A stretch of DNA of 62,281 bases from Candidatus Zixiibacteriota bacterium (lineage in GTDB: Bacteria > JAAXHH01), in NCBI GenBank assembly GCA_016867335.1, contig VGJU01000002.1, forward strand, positions 1 through 62,281, given 5' to 3'. Under the pieces are notes generated by a model. It ran no database searches, had not been told where the DNA came from, and saw only the letters and a list, made by a program, of their open reading frames with translations. This document shows, piece by piece, positions 19,679 to 29,660 of this stretch. The number at the start of each line of letters is the position of its first letter. Within the stretch, counting starts at the first letter, position 1. Made by a program: the position numbers and the translations under genes.

Positions 19679-20761
19679 TCAGGGAACGCTTTTTGCCGAG
19701 CCATCGCTCCGCGTTCCGACATACCATACCATCGTGCGATCGGGCGTTAGACACGGATACACCGTATCACCTGGATGCGCGGCAAAAGCTTTGGAAACCA
19801 GCAGTCGGATTTCCATTCCCGCAAAGGCGACCACCAGAATCCTTTCGGGGCCGGCATGTTCGACGACCCGCACGATCCCCGGCGCAGAACCACCCACCGG
19901 AGCCACATCCTCCGGGCGGATACCGACGACCGCGTTTGCGCCCGATGGCGCATCTCCTGCGAGTACCCAAGTCCCGTTGTACGCTTCCCATCCGTTTGCG
20001 CCGGACCGAACCGGAATCAGGTTGATCGGGGGATGACCGAGTTGCCGTGCCACTGCAGGGGATACGGGACGCCGATATACCGCTTCGGGGGTTCCGGTCT
20101 GGAGGATACGCCCGTTGTCGAGCACCACGATACGGTCGGCCATGGACATGGCTTCCACTTGATCGTGCGTCACATAGAGCATGGGAACGCCAAGTGCGCG
20201 GTGCAGGGCAACCAGTTCGACCCGCAACGACTCGCGGAGTTTTGCGTCGAGATTGGTAAGCGGTTCGTCCATCAGAAACAGGCGGGGCCGACGCACGATG
20301 GCACGCCCGATGGCGACGCGCTGCATCTCTCCGCCGGACAGGCGGGGCGTGGGGCGGTCCAGCAGATACTCGATTTTAAGCAGATCGGCGGCCCATGCGA
20401 TACGTTCCGTGATCTCCGTCTCGGAAAAACGACGACCCGGCGCACGCAACGGAAAGACCAGATTTTCACGGACGGTCCAGTCGGGATACAACGAGAAGTT
20501 TTGAAACACAAGAGCCACGTCTCGGTGGGCAGGAGGCCAAGAAACGACCGACGTCTCGCCGAAAAGGATGTCGCCCGTGTCCGGCGTCTCCAGTCCGGCG
20601 ACGGTACGCAACAAGGTGGTTTTTCCTGCGCCGGTCGGTCCCAGAATCACGACCAGTTCGTCGGCGCCGACCGAAAGATCGACGTCCGAGAGCGCCACAG
20701 TTTTGCCAAAACGTTTGGAGACGCCCGCCAGACGCAGGGCAGGTACAGAAGAGACGCTCAT
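19679..20761 (-). CDS. Sugar ABC transporter ATP-binding protein (orphan second ATPase)
   Basis: GPTGAGKTT, LSGGEMQRVAIGRA, MDEPLTNLDAKLR, HDQVEA. Confidence 0.92.
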   Translation of the reverse strand: MSVSSVPALRLAGVSKRFGKTVALSDVDLSVGADELVVILGPTGAGKTTLLRTVAGLETPDTGDILFGETSVVSWPPAHRDVALVFQNFSLYPDWTVRENLVFPLRAPGRRFSETEITERIAWAADLLKIEYLLDRPTPRLSGGEMQRVAIGRAIVRRPRLFLMDEPLTNLDAKLRESLRVELVALHRALGVPMLYVTHDQVEAMSMADRIVVLDNGRILQTGTPEAVYRRPVSPAVARQLGHPPINLIPVRSGANGWEAYNGTWVLAGDAPSGANAVVGIRPEDVAPVGGSAPGIVRVVEHAGPERILVVAFAGMEIRLLVSKAFAAHPGDTVYPCLTPDRTMVWYVGTRSDGSAKSVP

Positions 20762-21054
20762 ATCACCCCAGTCGTTTTTTTCGGTCTCACGCCACCCCCT
20801 CCAACCACCCCCTCGGAAATGGAGTCCGGTCCCGAAAAGGCGAACATACAAAAGTCGATCGATACAGGCAAGGGGTTATAAGATGGGGATTTTGCGCTGC
20901 CATGCGGGATAAAATCCTCCGCCCGAGGCAATTTTTTGTTGCCCTGCCCCTCCCTCCTGTATAGTATGATGTGTAGTACGCGACAGGACGCTCCACGTCC
21001 CGGCCGCGTCCATCCCCGCCCTGTCCACGCTACCGTCTGAAGAGGTTCCCTCCC

Positions 21055-24000
21055 ATGCCGACGTTTGTCCATCTGCATACGCACACCCATTACAGCTTGC
21101 TTGACGGGGCCAACCGGATCGGCGATCTGGCCGAAACCGCCAAAGCCTACGACATGCCCGCACTTGCCATGACCGACCACGGCAACCTGTTTGGCGCGAT
21201 CGAGTTTTACAAAACGGTCAAAAGCACGGGTCTCAAACCCATCATCGGGTCCGAACTCTATGTGGCCGCCGGCAGCCGCAAGGAAAAACGACCGCCACGC
21301 GCCGGAGACCGCGCCGACCAGACCACGCACTTTCTCTTGCTTGCCCAAAACGCGACCGGTTATCGGAATCTGATGAAACTGTCCTCTTCCGGGTATCTGG
21401 AGGGGTTTTATTACCGCCCCCGCGTGGATATGGAACTGCTCGAAGCACACAGCGAAGGGCTGATTGCACTGTCGGCCTGCGCCAAAGGAATCGTCGCCAA
21501 CCATGTCGTGGGCGACCAGATGGACATGGCCAAGGAAAAGGTCAAAAAACTGCGTGAAATATTCGACGGACGTTTTTATCTCGAAGTACAGGATCACGGG
21601 CTTGAGTTCGATCAGAAGATCAACAACGCGATGATCGACTTTGCGAGAACGTTCGACCTGCCGCTGGTCGCCACCAACGACGCGCACTATCTCAACCGCG
21701 AAGATGCGCCCGCGCAGGACGTCCTCGTCTGTATACAGACCGGCAAGGAACTCAACGACCCCAAACGGCTCAAATTTACTACGGACCAACTGTATTTCAA
21801 AACCGCCGGAGAAATGGCGCATCTGTTCGGTCACTTACCCGGCGCAATCGAAAACACCGTCAAAATCGCTGAGTCGATCGAGTTCGAGATGGAGTTTGGC
21901 AAACTCAAATATCCCCAATTCCCCCTGCCGGCGGGTTTTGCCACGCTCGACGAATACCTTCGCAAGCTGGCGTTCGACGGTCTTCACGAACGCTACCGGA
22001 CCATCTCACCCGAATTGACCGAACGACTGGAGTTCGAACTCGGGGTCATCGGTCGGATGGGTTATCCCGGTTATTTTCTTATCGTGGCGGATTTCGTCCG
22101 GTTTGCCCGCGAACAGAAGATACCCGTGATGGCGCGCGGCTCAGCAGTCGGCTGTCTGGTGGCCTACACGCTTGGCATCACCAATGTCGATCCCGTTTCC
22201 TACGGACTGCTTTTCGAACGGTTTCTCAACCCGGAACGGATCAGCATGCCCGACATCGACATCGACCTCGAATTCCGTCAGCGCGAAAAAGTCATCAACT
22301 ATGTCGTGGAAAAATACGGCAAAGACAGCGTCGCGCAGATCATCACCTTTGGCACGATGGGAGCCAAAGCCGTGATACGCGACGTCGGGCGCGTGCTGGG
22401 TATGTCGTATGCCGAGGTGGACCACATCGCCAAACTGGTCCCCGGGGATTTGCACATCACACTCGACAAGGCCATGACCCAATCGGCGGAACTTAAACAG
22501 ATCAACGACGCCGGGGGGACGAAAAGCCAGTTGATCGGCTACGCCAAAACCCTCGAAGGACTGGCGCGTCACGCCTCGGTCCACGCCGCCGGCGTGGTCA
22601 TCGCGCCCGGTGACCTGACCGACTACGTCCCGCTGTACAAACCGAGCAACAAGGAAGATGTCGTAACCCAGTATACGGGTGAGTACATGGAAGATGTCGG
22701 TTTGCTCAAGATGGACTTTCTCGGACTTAAAAACCTATCGGTGATTCAGGATTCGCTTGCCATGATCCGTGAGAACACTGGCAAAGACCTTGATCTCGAA
22801 TCGGTTCCGATGGACGACCGGAAGACCTTCGAGATGTTTGCCAAAGGCGAAACCGCCGGGATATTCCAGTTTAACAGCCCGTGGCTCTACGACTATCTCC
22901 GTCGGCTAAAACCGAGCTGTGTGGAAGATCTGATCGCCATGAACGCGCTGTGTCGGCCCGGGCCGCTTCAGGGCGGAATGGTGGACGATTTTATCGACCG
23001 CAGACACGGACGCAAGGAAGTCACCTATACGCATCCGATCTTGGAGAAGACGCTCAAGGAGACCTACGGCGTCATCGTGTATCAGGAACAGGCGATGCAG
23101 ATCGCGCGTGACATGGCCGGTTATACGCTGGGACGCGCCGACCTGCTCCGCCGAGCCATCTCCAAGAAAAAACCTGAAGTCATGGCGGTAGAAAAAAAGA
23201 ACTTTATCGAAGGGTCGGTCAAAAACGACATCGATCAGGGCATCGCCGAAAAAATCTTTGATCTGATCGAGTTTTTCTCTGGTTATGCTTTTAACAAAAG
23301 CCATTCTGCGGCCTACGGTGTAGTCGCATACCGGGAAGGATATCTCAAGGTTCACTATCCGAAAGAGTTCATGGCCGCGTTGTTGTCCAACGAAATGTCG
23401 GATACCGACGAAATCGTCACGCTGATCAACGAATGCCGCAAAATGGGTGTCCGCGTCCTGCCGCCCGACGTAAACAAAAGCCAGAAGGAGTTTACCGTCG
23501 AAGATGAGGCGATCCGTTTTGGGTTGTGCGCCATCAAAAATGTGGGGGCCGGCGCGGTGGATTCGATCATCCGGGCGCGGGGCGAGTATGGGACGTTTGT
23601 GGACATCTACGCGCTGTGTGAACATATCGACCTGCGGCTGACCAACAAGCGTGTGTTGGAAAGTCTTATTCAAGCCGGCGCCTGCGATACGCTCGAAGGA
23701 GACCGCGCCCAGATGATGGAGGCGCTCGACGCGGCCATCGACATGGCGCAAACAAATCAGAGCGACCGCGACAAAGGACAGACGTCGTTGTTTGATATGG
23801 GCGGCAGCGCTCCCGTTGTGCTCCACCGACCCACGTTGCCCACTGTGCCTCGATGGAGCCCTAGTCAGGCTCTCGCACTGGAAAAGGAAGTGCTAGGATT
23901 CTACGTCTCCGGACACCCGTTGGCGGAGTTCGAAGACGAGCTACGCGCCTTTACCACCGCCGAGATAAAACGGCTCGATCAGGTCAGAGACCGTGACGAA

Positions 24001-24621
24001 GACGTAGTGGTAGGGGGTATCGTAATCGAAATCAAACCCATCGTAGACCGCAAAGGTAAGTCAATGGCCTTTGTGACTATCGAAGACTTTTCCGGAACAG
24101 GCGAGGTATTGGTGTTTTCGGATCAGTACGAACTGCACCGGACGCTTGTGGCGACGGATTCGTTGATTTTGGTGCGGGGACAGATTTCGGCCAAAGAGGG
24201 CGAAAAAAAGGTCGTCGCCTCCGAGATCATGTCGCTCGAAGATGCGCGCAACCGGTTGGCACGCGCCGTGCATCTTACCGTTGCGCCCGACCAAACCACC
24301 GACGCGATGATACAGACGCTCCAAGAGACGTTTCGGACCTATCCCGGTGAATGCGAGGTGTTTTTTCATGTGCGTACGGAAGAGTACGGCGATGTGCGTA
24401 TCCGGGCGGGGGAAGGGATTCGCGTAACTCCGGCGCGGGAATTGTTGCACTGTGTCCGGGAGACGCTGGGACCGGACCGCGCCCGTATCGCCGGCGGCTC
24501 GCTACGTTCTTCCGACAGCGGCTGGTCCGTCACCGGAAATGGCGGCAATGGCAACGGACATGGGCGTTTCCGTCAGGGTGGCGGCAGGATCGAAGGACGA
24601 AATGCACGCACCGAAGCATAA
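21055..24621 (+). CDS. dnaE: DNA polymerase III alpha subunit
   Basis: PHP domain HLHTHTHYSLLDG, catalytic SMPDIDID, KMDFLGL, YAFNKSHS, and a C-terminal OB fold. Confidence 0.98.
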   Translation: MPTFVHLHTHTHYSLLDGANRIGDLAETAKAYDMPALAMTDHGNLFGAIEFYKTVKSTGLKPIIGSELYVAAGSRKEKRPPRAGDRADQTTHFLLLAQNATGYRNLMKLSSSGYLEGFYYRPRVDMELLEAHSEGLIALSACAKGIVANHVVGDQMDMAKEKVKKLREIFDGRFYLEVQDHGLEFDQKINNAMIDFARTFDLPLVATNDAHYLNREDAPAQDVLVCIQTGKELNDPKRLKFTTDQLYFKTAGEMAHLFGHLPGAIENTVKIAESIEFEMEFGKLKYPQFPLPAGFATLDEYLRKLAFDGLHERYRTISPELTERLEFELGVIGRMGYPGYFLIVADFVRFAREQKIPVMARGSAVGCLVAYTLGITNVDPVSYGLLFERFLNPERISMPDIDIDLEFRQREKVINYVVEKYGKDSVAQIITFGTMGAKAVIRDVGRVLGMSYAEVDHIAKLVPGDLHITLDKAMTQSAELKQINDAGGTKSQLIGYAKTLEGLARHASVHAAGVVIAPGDLTDYVPLYKPSNKEDVVTQYTGEYMEDVGLLKMDFLGLKNLSVIQDSLAMIRENTGKDLDLESVPMDDRKTFEMFAKGETAGIFQFNSPWLYDYLRRLKPSCVEDLIAMNALCRPGPLQGGMVDDFIDRRHGRKEVTYTHPILEKTLKETYGVIVYQEQAMQIARDMAGYTLGRADLLRRAISKKKPEVMAVEKKNFIEGSVKNDIDQGIAEKIFDLIEFFSGYAFNKSHSAAYGVVAYREGYLKVHYPKEFMAALLSNEMSDTDEIVTLINECRKMGVRVLPPDVNKSQKEFTVEDEAIRFGLCAIKNVGAGAVDSIIRARGEYGTFVDIYALCEHIDLRLTNKRVLESLIQAGACDTLEGDRAQMMEALDAAIDMAQTNQSDRDKGQTSLFDMGGSAPVVLHRPTLPTVPRWSPSQALALEKEVLGFYVSGHPLAEFEDELRAFTTAEIKRLDQVRDRDEDVVVGGIVIEIKPIVDRKGKSMAFVTIEDFSGTGEVLVFSDQYELHRTLVATDSLILVRGQISAKEGEKKVVASEIMSLEDARNRLARAVHLTVAPDQTTDAMIQTLQETFRTYPGECEVFFHVRTEEYGDVRIRAGEGIRVTPARELLHCVRETLGPDRARIAGGSLRSSDSGWSVTGNGGNGNGHGRFRQGGGRIEGRNARTEA

Positions 24622-24778
24622 AAAAACAGAAAAAAAATGACAAGTGTGATGCGCATCAATGCGGCTTCTGTCATTCCGACTTATTATACGGGCAGAGATT
24701 CGTCAAAAGGCTCTGCCGCCTGTTGTGTCGGAAAATCTATGGTGGGACGGCACTCCCGCCTCGACAGGAGAACACACT

Positions 24779-24964
24779 ATGTGGAATGTAAGCGATCAAC
24801 GCGTCAACGCGCTGGGCAAGTATCGCCTGCCGCTCGAATTCAACGAACGTCTTGGCAAAGCTTCGATGGTCTTTGGCGCGCCGGAAGAAGAAATACTTGC
24901 TCAAGCGTTGAGGGAGTTTCTTGAAAAACACGGAATCCGAACCTCGATACACCCAGAATCATAA
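24779..24964 (+). CDS. Small hypothetical protein (61 aa), possibly ribbon-helix-helix DNA-binding
   Basis: AGGAG ribosome-binding site. YRLPLEFNERLGKASMVFGAPEEEILAQALREFLEKH resembles the RHH/CopG strand-helix-helix pattern. Confidence 0.6.
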   Translation: MWNVSDQRVNALGKYRLPLEFNERLGKASMVFGAPEEEILAQALREFLEKHGIRTSIHPES

Positions 24965-24970
24965 TCGGAA

Positions 24971-25001
24971 ACGGGGGGCAGATTTCAAATCTGCCCCCCG
25001 T
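24971..25001. terminator. Perfect inverted repeat between convergent genes (terminator or REP-like)
   Basis: ACGGGGGGCAGATTT-C-AAATCTGCCCCCCGT, 15-bp arms. Confidence 0.6.
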
Positions 25002-25082
25002 CCTGTCTCTTGCCGCTCTCGATATACAATCCCGACTCCGTATTTTGCCGACGATACTCGGTTCCAAAGATCGCACCCGGTC

Positions 25083-26051
25083 TTATCTCTCCCGATACAC
25101 AGCCTCGCGTAACCCTTTGATATATCCTACTGCAAACAGTCGGCCTATGGACGAGTAGCCGGGCTGGTCGTTTCTGTCGCCCGCCATCGTCGGCACATGG
25201 TCCGGACGCAGCACCCCCTCGAAACCGATGTCGCGATACGCCCGCAAACAAGCCATCATGTCGGTGGGACCATTGTCGTGAAAGGTCTCTTCGTATTTTT
25301 CTACATACCCCTGCACATCACGGAAATGGACAAAAAATATCTTGCCCTGTTTTCCAAAATGCCGAATCGCGGTCGGTTGGTCGTCGGTCATAAGCGCAAA
25401 GTTGCCTTGGCAGAAGGTAAGTCCGCTTACCGGGCTGGGCACAAGGTCGATCAGTTTCTGAAAGTTTTCCACCGACCGCATGATGCGCCCGATACCGCGA
25501 AGCGGTGACAACGGCGGATCATCGGGGTGCATGGCAAGTTGCACGCCTGCCTCTTGGGCCACGGGGACTACCTTTTCGAGAAAATAGTGCAACGCCTCCC
25601 ACATCCGGGATTCCGGCACTTCGCCATAAGGCGTCAGCGGCGCGTTTTTCATCAGCCCGTGGTCGTACCCGGTGACCATGGCCCCCCCACGCGAGGGGAT
25701 TGTCGATGAGGTTCTCATCCAGTTGAGCACGGCCATCCAGTTATAACACCAAACCCGAATGCCCAGCCGTCCCATGTTGGACAGCATCGTGCAGACGATG
25801 TCAAGCTCCTCTTCCCGCCCCGGAAGCCCCATTTTAAGTCGGTCCATCGGTGGCGAACTTTCGATCGCTGACACAGTAAACCCGGCATCCTCGAAGGCAG
25901 TTTTCATCCGGACCAGCGGCATGAAATCCCACGGTTTGTCGTTGCCCTGGGCCGGAGGAAGACCCGCTACGGCATGGTTGACCCCGATCTGTTTTACTTG
26001 ATCCCACAGCAGACTGGGCTGTGATCCGAGCATTTCGGCGATTTCGATCAT
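25083..26051 (-). CDS. uxuA: Mannonate dehydratase
   Basis: WCYNWM, LAMHPDDPP, LTFCQGNF, FVHFRDV, LRPDHVP, GRLFAVGYIKG. Confidence 0.88.
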   Translation of the reverse strand: MIEIAEMLGSQPSLLWDQVKQIGVNHAVAGLPPAQGNDKPWDFMPLVRMKTAFEDAGFTVSAIESSPPMDRLKMGLPGREEELDIVCTMLSNMGRLGIRVWCYNWMAVLNWMRTSSTIPSRGGAMVTGYDHGLMKNAPLTPYGEVPESRMWEALHYFLEKVVPVAQEAGVQLAMHPDDPPLSPLRGIGRIMRSVENFQKLIDLVPSPVSGLTFCQGNFALMTDDQPTAIRHFGKQGKIFFVHFRDVQGYVEKYEETFHDNGPTDMMACLRAYRDIGFEGVLRPDHVPTMAGDRNDQPGYSSIGRLFAVGYIKGLREAVYRER

Positions 26052-26103
26052 GGGAGTGAGTCCTTTCGATGAGGCGGTCAGCAGACCGTCCCATTACCTG
26101 TCG

Positions 26104-26203
26104 TGTAGGGGCGGGCGGGACGACCGGCAGACCGCCCTTGCGGGGCCACCCGACCGGCGGCGGAAGGGGCGACGAGGTGGAGACGGTTTGCCGATCGCCC
26201 TAT
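26104..26203. repeat. REP-like degenerate palindromic element
   Basis: GTAGGGGCGG...CCGCCCTTGC and AAGGGGCGA...TCGCCCTA imperfect hairpins in the intergenic space. Confidence 0.4.
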
Positions 26204-27480
26204 CCCAGCGACCGCACCGGATGTTGTTTGGCGCGTTCGAACAGATCGGCCCATTCTTGGGTGCCGTCATCATGATAGGGTTCGAGCCGAACGCCGTCTA
26301 CGTGCGCGGGGCCGTGTCCCTGACTGAAATAGCCGTACCCCTGATGCATGGGGGCAAGATGGATGCGGCTGCCGTCGGGGTAGACGGTCGAGCAGACGAT
26401 ACGCGGCTGGGGCCGATCGTAGAGTTTGCCCTCTTTATTGAGTTCCTGAATCTTCGTATCCGGAATCCGATAGCGCTCCACTGCGGCTTCGTCCACCACG
26501 ACGCCAAGCCCCGGTGCTTCCGGAACGCGGTGGTATCCGCCGACTACTTCGATGGGTTTTGTCAGCAACTGATGACTGTAGAGATTGACGCAAGTAATCG
26601 CCGGCCAAGTGGCATGGCTGAGGACGGCCCCCAGATGACCCGCCCATGTGGTCGTAAGCCCGTTGCCTACCAGTTGCAGCCAGAACGGCATGTTGGCCTC
26701 GGCGCTCAGCGTTCCCTGCCGAATGACCGCGGTCTTGCCCGCGCAGACGACAAATCCGTCGCATACTTCTTCGCGTACGGCGGTGAGATATGGGGGCGAT
26801 CCGAAGTGCATGGCAATGGGGCGGCAGATGACCTGGCGCAACTGCCGGTTGCCCAGGATGTCGCTTTGTGGAATGGGCGATTCGAACATGGCAACGTTTG
26901 GAAACTGTTCCAGACGCCGCATGATCGGCATGGCTGCGGCGGCATTCTGCATCGTGGCGTTGGCGTCAAGATCTAGTTTGAAATACGAAGGCGTGACGGC
27001 GGCCATCGCTTCCACTTGCGCAAAAATATCCCACCAGGGACGCTGTTTGATCTTGAAGCTGGTATAGCCCAGCGCCACGGCGTCTTTGGCTTCTTCTGCC
27101 CAGTCTTCCGGCGAGGCGTCGATGGACCACCATGAAATGGGAACCCAATCCCGCACTTTGTGCCCCATCAGTTTGTAACAGGGGACGCCGAGCGCTTTGC
27201 CCACCACGTCGAACAGCGCCATCTGAAGCCCGGCGCCGAGACTGTCGTCGTTCATCATATCGGCGGGTGATTTACCGACGACCCGCTCCACCGCCGCGTC
27301 GGTCACCCGCGCCCAAGTGTAGTGGATCACCGTCTCACCCCACCCGGTAATTCCCGCGTCCGTCGTGACTTTACACAGTTCGAGAATCGCCCAGTTGTAT
27401 ACCTCCCGCTCCGTAATGCGAATCTGGCGGTCGGTAAAGGGCACATCCACCACGATACGTTCCACACCCGTAACTTTCAT
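26200..27480 (-). CDS. Mandelate racemase/muconate lactonizing (enolase superfamily) protein with a C-terminal extension
   Basis: GITGWGE, MALFDVVGKALGVP, FKIK, LDLDAN, FESP, VPEAPGLGV. Confidence 0.88.
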   Translation of the reverse strand: MKVTGVERIVVDVPFTDRQIRITEREVYNWAILELCKVTTDAGITGWGETVIHYTWARVTDAAVERVVGKSPADMMNDDSLGAGLQMALFDVVGKALGVPCYKLMGHKVRDWVPISWWSIDASPEDWAEEAKDAVALGYTSFKIKQRPWWDIFAQVEAMAAVTPSYFKLDLDANATMQNAAAAMPIMRRLEQFPNVAMFESPIPQSDILGNRQLRQVICRPIAMHFGSPPYLTAVREEVCDGFVVCAGKTAVIRQGTLSAEANMPFWLQLVGNGLTTTWAGHLGAVLSHATWPAITCVNLYSHQLLTKPIEVVGGYHRVPEAPGLGVVVDEAAVERYRIPDTKIQELNKEGKLYDRPQPRIVCSTVYPDGSRIHLAPMHQGYGYFSQGHGPAHVDGVRLEPYHDDGTQEWADLFERAKQHPVRSLG

Positions 27481-27580
27481 ACGATCTCCTCAGATGGAAA
27501 CCCGCGATTTCAATCGTGGGATGATCCACATAATGGGCGATTTTCCCGCCGCAATCCAAAATCCCCAATCGGTATTTTCT

Positions 27581-28393
27581 TTATATCAGCAGACATCCGG
27601 CGATCAGGACGAGGACCAGCGGTAGTGCGCCCATGCCTACGCCGGTTCCCCAGACGATCGACGAGAAGGGAATGGTGATGTGGGTTCCCGGCAGAGAAAC
27701 GGTCAGCGTATCGCTATCGGTGATCCCGAGAGAAAGCGAGATGCCTAAGTACAGACAGGCCAGCAGGGCGATCCAGACGATGGCGTGACCGATATGCGAG
27801 AATCGTCCGCGCGACAGGTCTTCCGGAGCCATGATATCGGTGTAGAGCAGTCCCCAGCGTTTGACGCGGGGATAGAGGACGGGCAACAGGAAGGGGCCGA
27901 GAAGGGCGGCGGCCAGAAAGTTGTTTATCGTGATGAGCGGGGCCAGTACATGAAATGGCACGAGACCGAGCAGGTCCGCGCCCCATGCGATCTGGACGCC
28001 GCAGGCAAGGCTGGCCAAGAGCGTAATAGGAAGATAGCGCAACAGTCTTCCAACGGTCCACGGAACCGGTTCGTTTTGCGAAAGAAGCCGCCACGCCCGA
28101 TACGGCAGATATCCAAACCAGAAATTGCCGAGCATACCAAAATAGCTGCCCAGACCGTAAGTTCCGCCAAACAGATCCCCGATCAGGTTTCCGAATGCCG
28201 CGCCCCATGCCCCGGCAGGTCCGAACATAAGCGAACAGATCACCGGAAATACGTTGGCCGGTCGCACCTCCGTAATGCCGGGGATGATCGTGACGAGTTT
28301 GAACGGAATCAAAACGGCGGCATACATCGCCGCCGTCAACGCCACCAGAACGACCATCCTGGTATGTTTCCACATCGTAAAGGCTTCCCGCAC
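27581..28393 (-). CDS. QueT-like ECF transporter S-component
   Basis: IIPGITEVRPANVFPVICSLMFGPAGAWGAAFGNLIGD and multiple TM helices. Confidence 0.75.
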   Translation of the reverse strand: MREAFTMWKHTRMVVLVALTAAMYAAVLIPFKLVTIIPGITEVRPANVFPVICSLMFGPAGAWGAAFGNLIGDLFGGTYGLGSYFGMLGNFWFGYLPYRAWRLLSQNEPVPWTVGRLLRYLPITLLASLACGVQIAWGADLLGLVPFHVLAPLITINNFLAAALLGPFLLPVLYPRVKRWGLLYTDIMAPEDLSRGRFSHIGHAIVWIALLACLYLGISLSLGITDSDTLTVSLPGTHITIPFSSIVWGTGVGMGALPLVLVLIAGCLLI

Positions 28394-28421
28394 GTCCGTC
28401 TCCCGTCTGATTTGTCCTTCT

Positions 28422-29063
28422 CTATGCGTTGTGTTCCAGTTTCTTGATCTCGTCGCGGAGCCGTGCGGCGTCTTCGTAACGTTCTTCGTCGATGGCGGCC
28501 TGAAGCTGTTTTTTTACGGCTTCGAGCGAATTGTTGTCATGCGTTACGGGTTGCGCGGCGTTGAGTTTTTCTTTGATAGCCTGATTGATCTGGTCGAGGA
28601 CCGCATCCGGCGTATTGTCGGATGCGTCCAAAACGGATTTCTGTTTTGACATGCGTTTCCCGGCGATGGCCATGACTTCTTCCATGACGTATATAGGGGC
28701 ATTGACGCGCAGGGCGAGCGCGATGGCATCGCTGGGTCGAGAATCGATGACCACGGAGCGTCCGTGTGCGTCCGCGTGGATTTCCGCGACATAATAGGCT
28801 TGTTCGCGCAGTTCGGTGATGACGATGTATTCCACTTCGGCGCCGAGGTTTTCGAAGACCGATTTGAGCAGGTCGTGCGTCATGGGACGCGGTGGCGGTT
28901 CTTCGTCTTCGGCGATCTGCGACTTTATCGCGTGGGCTTCCGAGATCCCGATGGTCAACATCAGCATCATGTTTTCGTTTTCGTCCGTCAGCCAGAGGAC
29001 GGGGGTGGGGTTGACCGGAAAAGGCGGGCCTACATCATAGACTTTTACTTTTATCATTGCCAT
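28422..29063 (-). CDS. Bifunctional nuclease (DUF151) with C-terminal UVR domain
   Basis: IGISEAHAI, PRPMTHDLL, IDSRPSDAIALALR, and UVR motif LQAAIDEERYEDAARLRDEI. Confidence 0.9.
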   Translation of the reverse strand: MAMIKVKVYDVGPPFPVNPTPVLWLTDENENMMLMLTIGISEAHAIKSQIAEDEEPPPRPMTHDLLKSVFENLGAEVEYIVITELREQAYYVAEIHADAHGRSVVIDSRPSDAIALALRVNAPIYVMEEVMAIAGKRMSKQKSVLDASDNTPDAVLDQINQAIKEKLNAAQPVTHDNNSLEAVKKQLQAAIDEERYEDAARLRDEIKKLEHNA

Positions 29064-29327
29064 AGCCTTTCTCTGGACCTGTCCTTAGGGTATGGATCGC
29101 CGCCGGACGGACAGGACGATACAGCAGGCCCGATTTTCGGATACGGACGGAGTTGATGGTTATATGGGTGCGATGGCGCATCTTGCGGGACCGGAGGCAA
29201 ACCGACGAAACGGACGCAACCGGTTGCTTGGGAAAGCACGCCGGACGACGCTAGCCACGTTGTGTCGTGTATGATGGAGGTATAGATAATCGCGCAAGAG
29301 GAGTTGGTCAAGCTAAAAGTAAGGCTT

Positions 29328-29660
29328 CTAGCTTTTCTCCACAAGTCGGCGGCGAGAGAGAAAGCGGTAGGCGGCTTCGCGTTTTCCGGGGCTACGTCGC
29401 GCAAACAGCCGGTCGGTTCGGGCTTCCACCTGTGAATGGAGATGGGCACGCAGATACTCCCGGCGATGGTGCTCCCGGCATACGGTGATACCGTTTTCGA
29501 GCGTATTTTCGCCACCGAGCGAACGTGGCAGAAGATGGTGCGCTTCGAGTCTCTCGGTTTCTCCGCATCCTTCAAACTGACAGCGGTTGCCGTCGCGTTC
29601 CTTGACACGCCGTGCCCACTCTTTGAGCGAATAGCGGACCGATGCATCCGGTGGGGTCAT
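29328..29660 (-). CDS. Small HNH endonuclease (110 aa)
   Basis: WARRVKERDGNRCQFEGC...LEAHHLLP..LGGENTLENGITVCREHH. ATGA overlap with the galK stop. Confidence 0.85.
   Translation of the reverse strand: MTPPDASVRYSLKEWARRVKERDGNRCQFEGCGETERLEAHHLLPRSLGGENTLENGITVCREHHRREYLRAHLHSQVEARTDRLFARRSPGKREAAYRFLSRRRLVEKS

Noticed and set aside
19578-20036. 152-aa ORF as a functional integrase
   Set aside because: Only the first ~14 residues resemble IntI. The rest is antisense to the ABC ATPase and has no tyrosine-recombinase motifs.
29328-29660. HNH gene as an IscB/Cas9-like RNA-guided nuclease
   Set aside because: Only 110 aa, with no RuvC or PLMP motifs and no recognisable guide RNA or array nearby.
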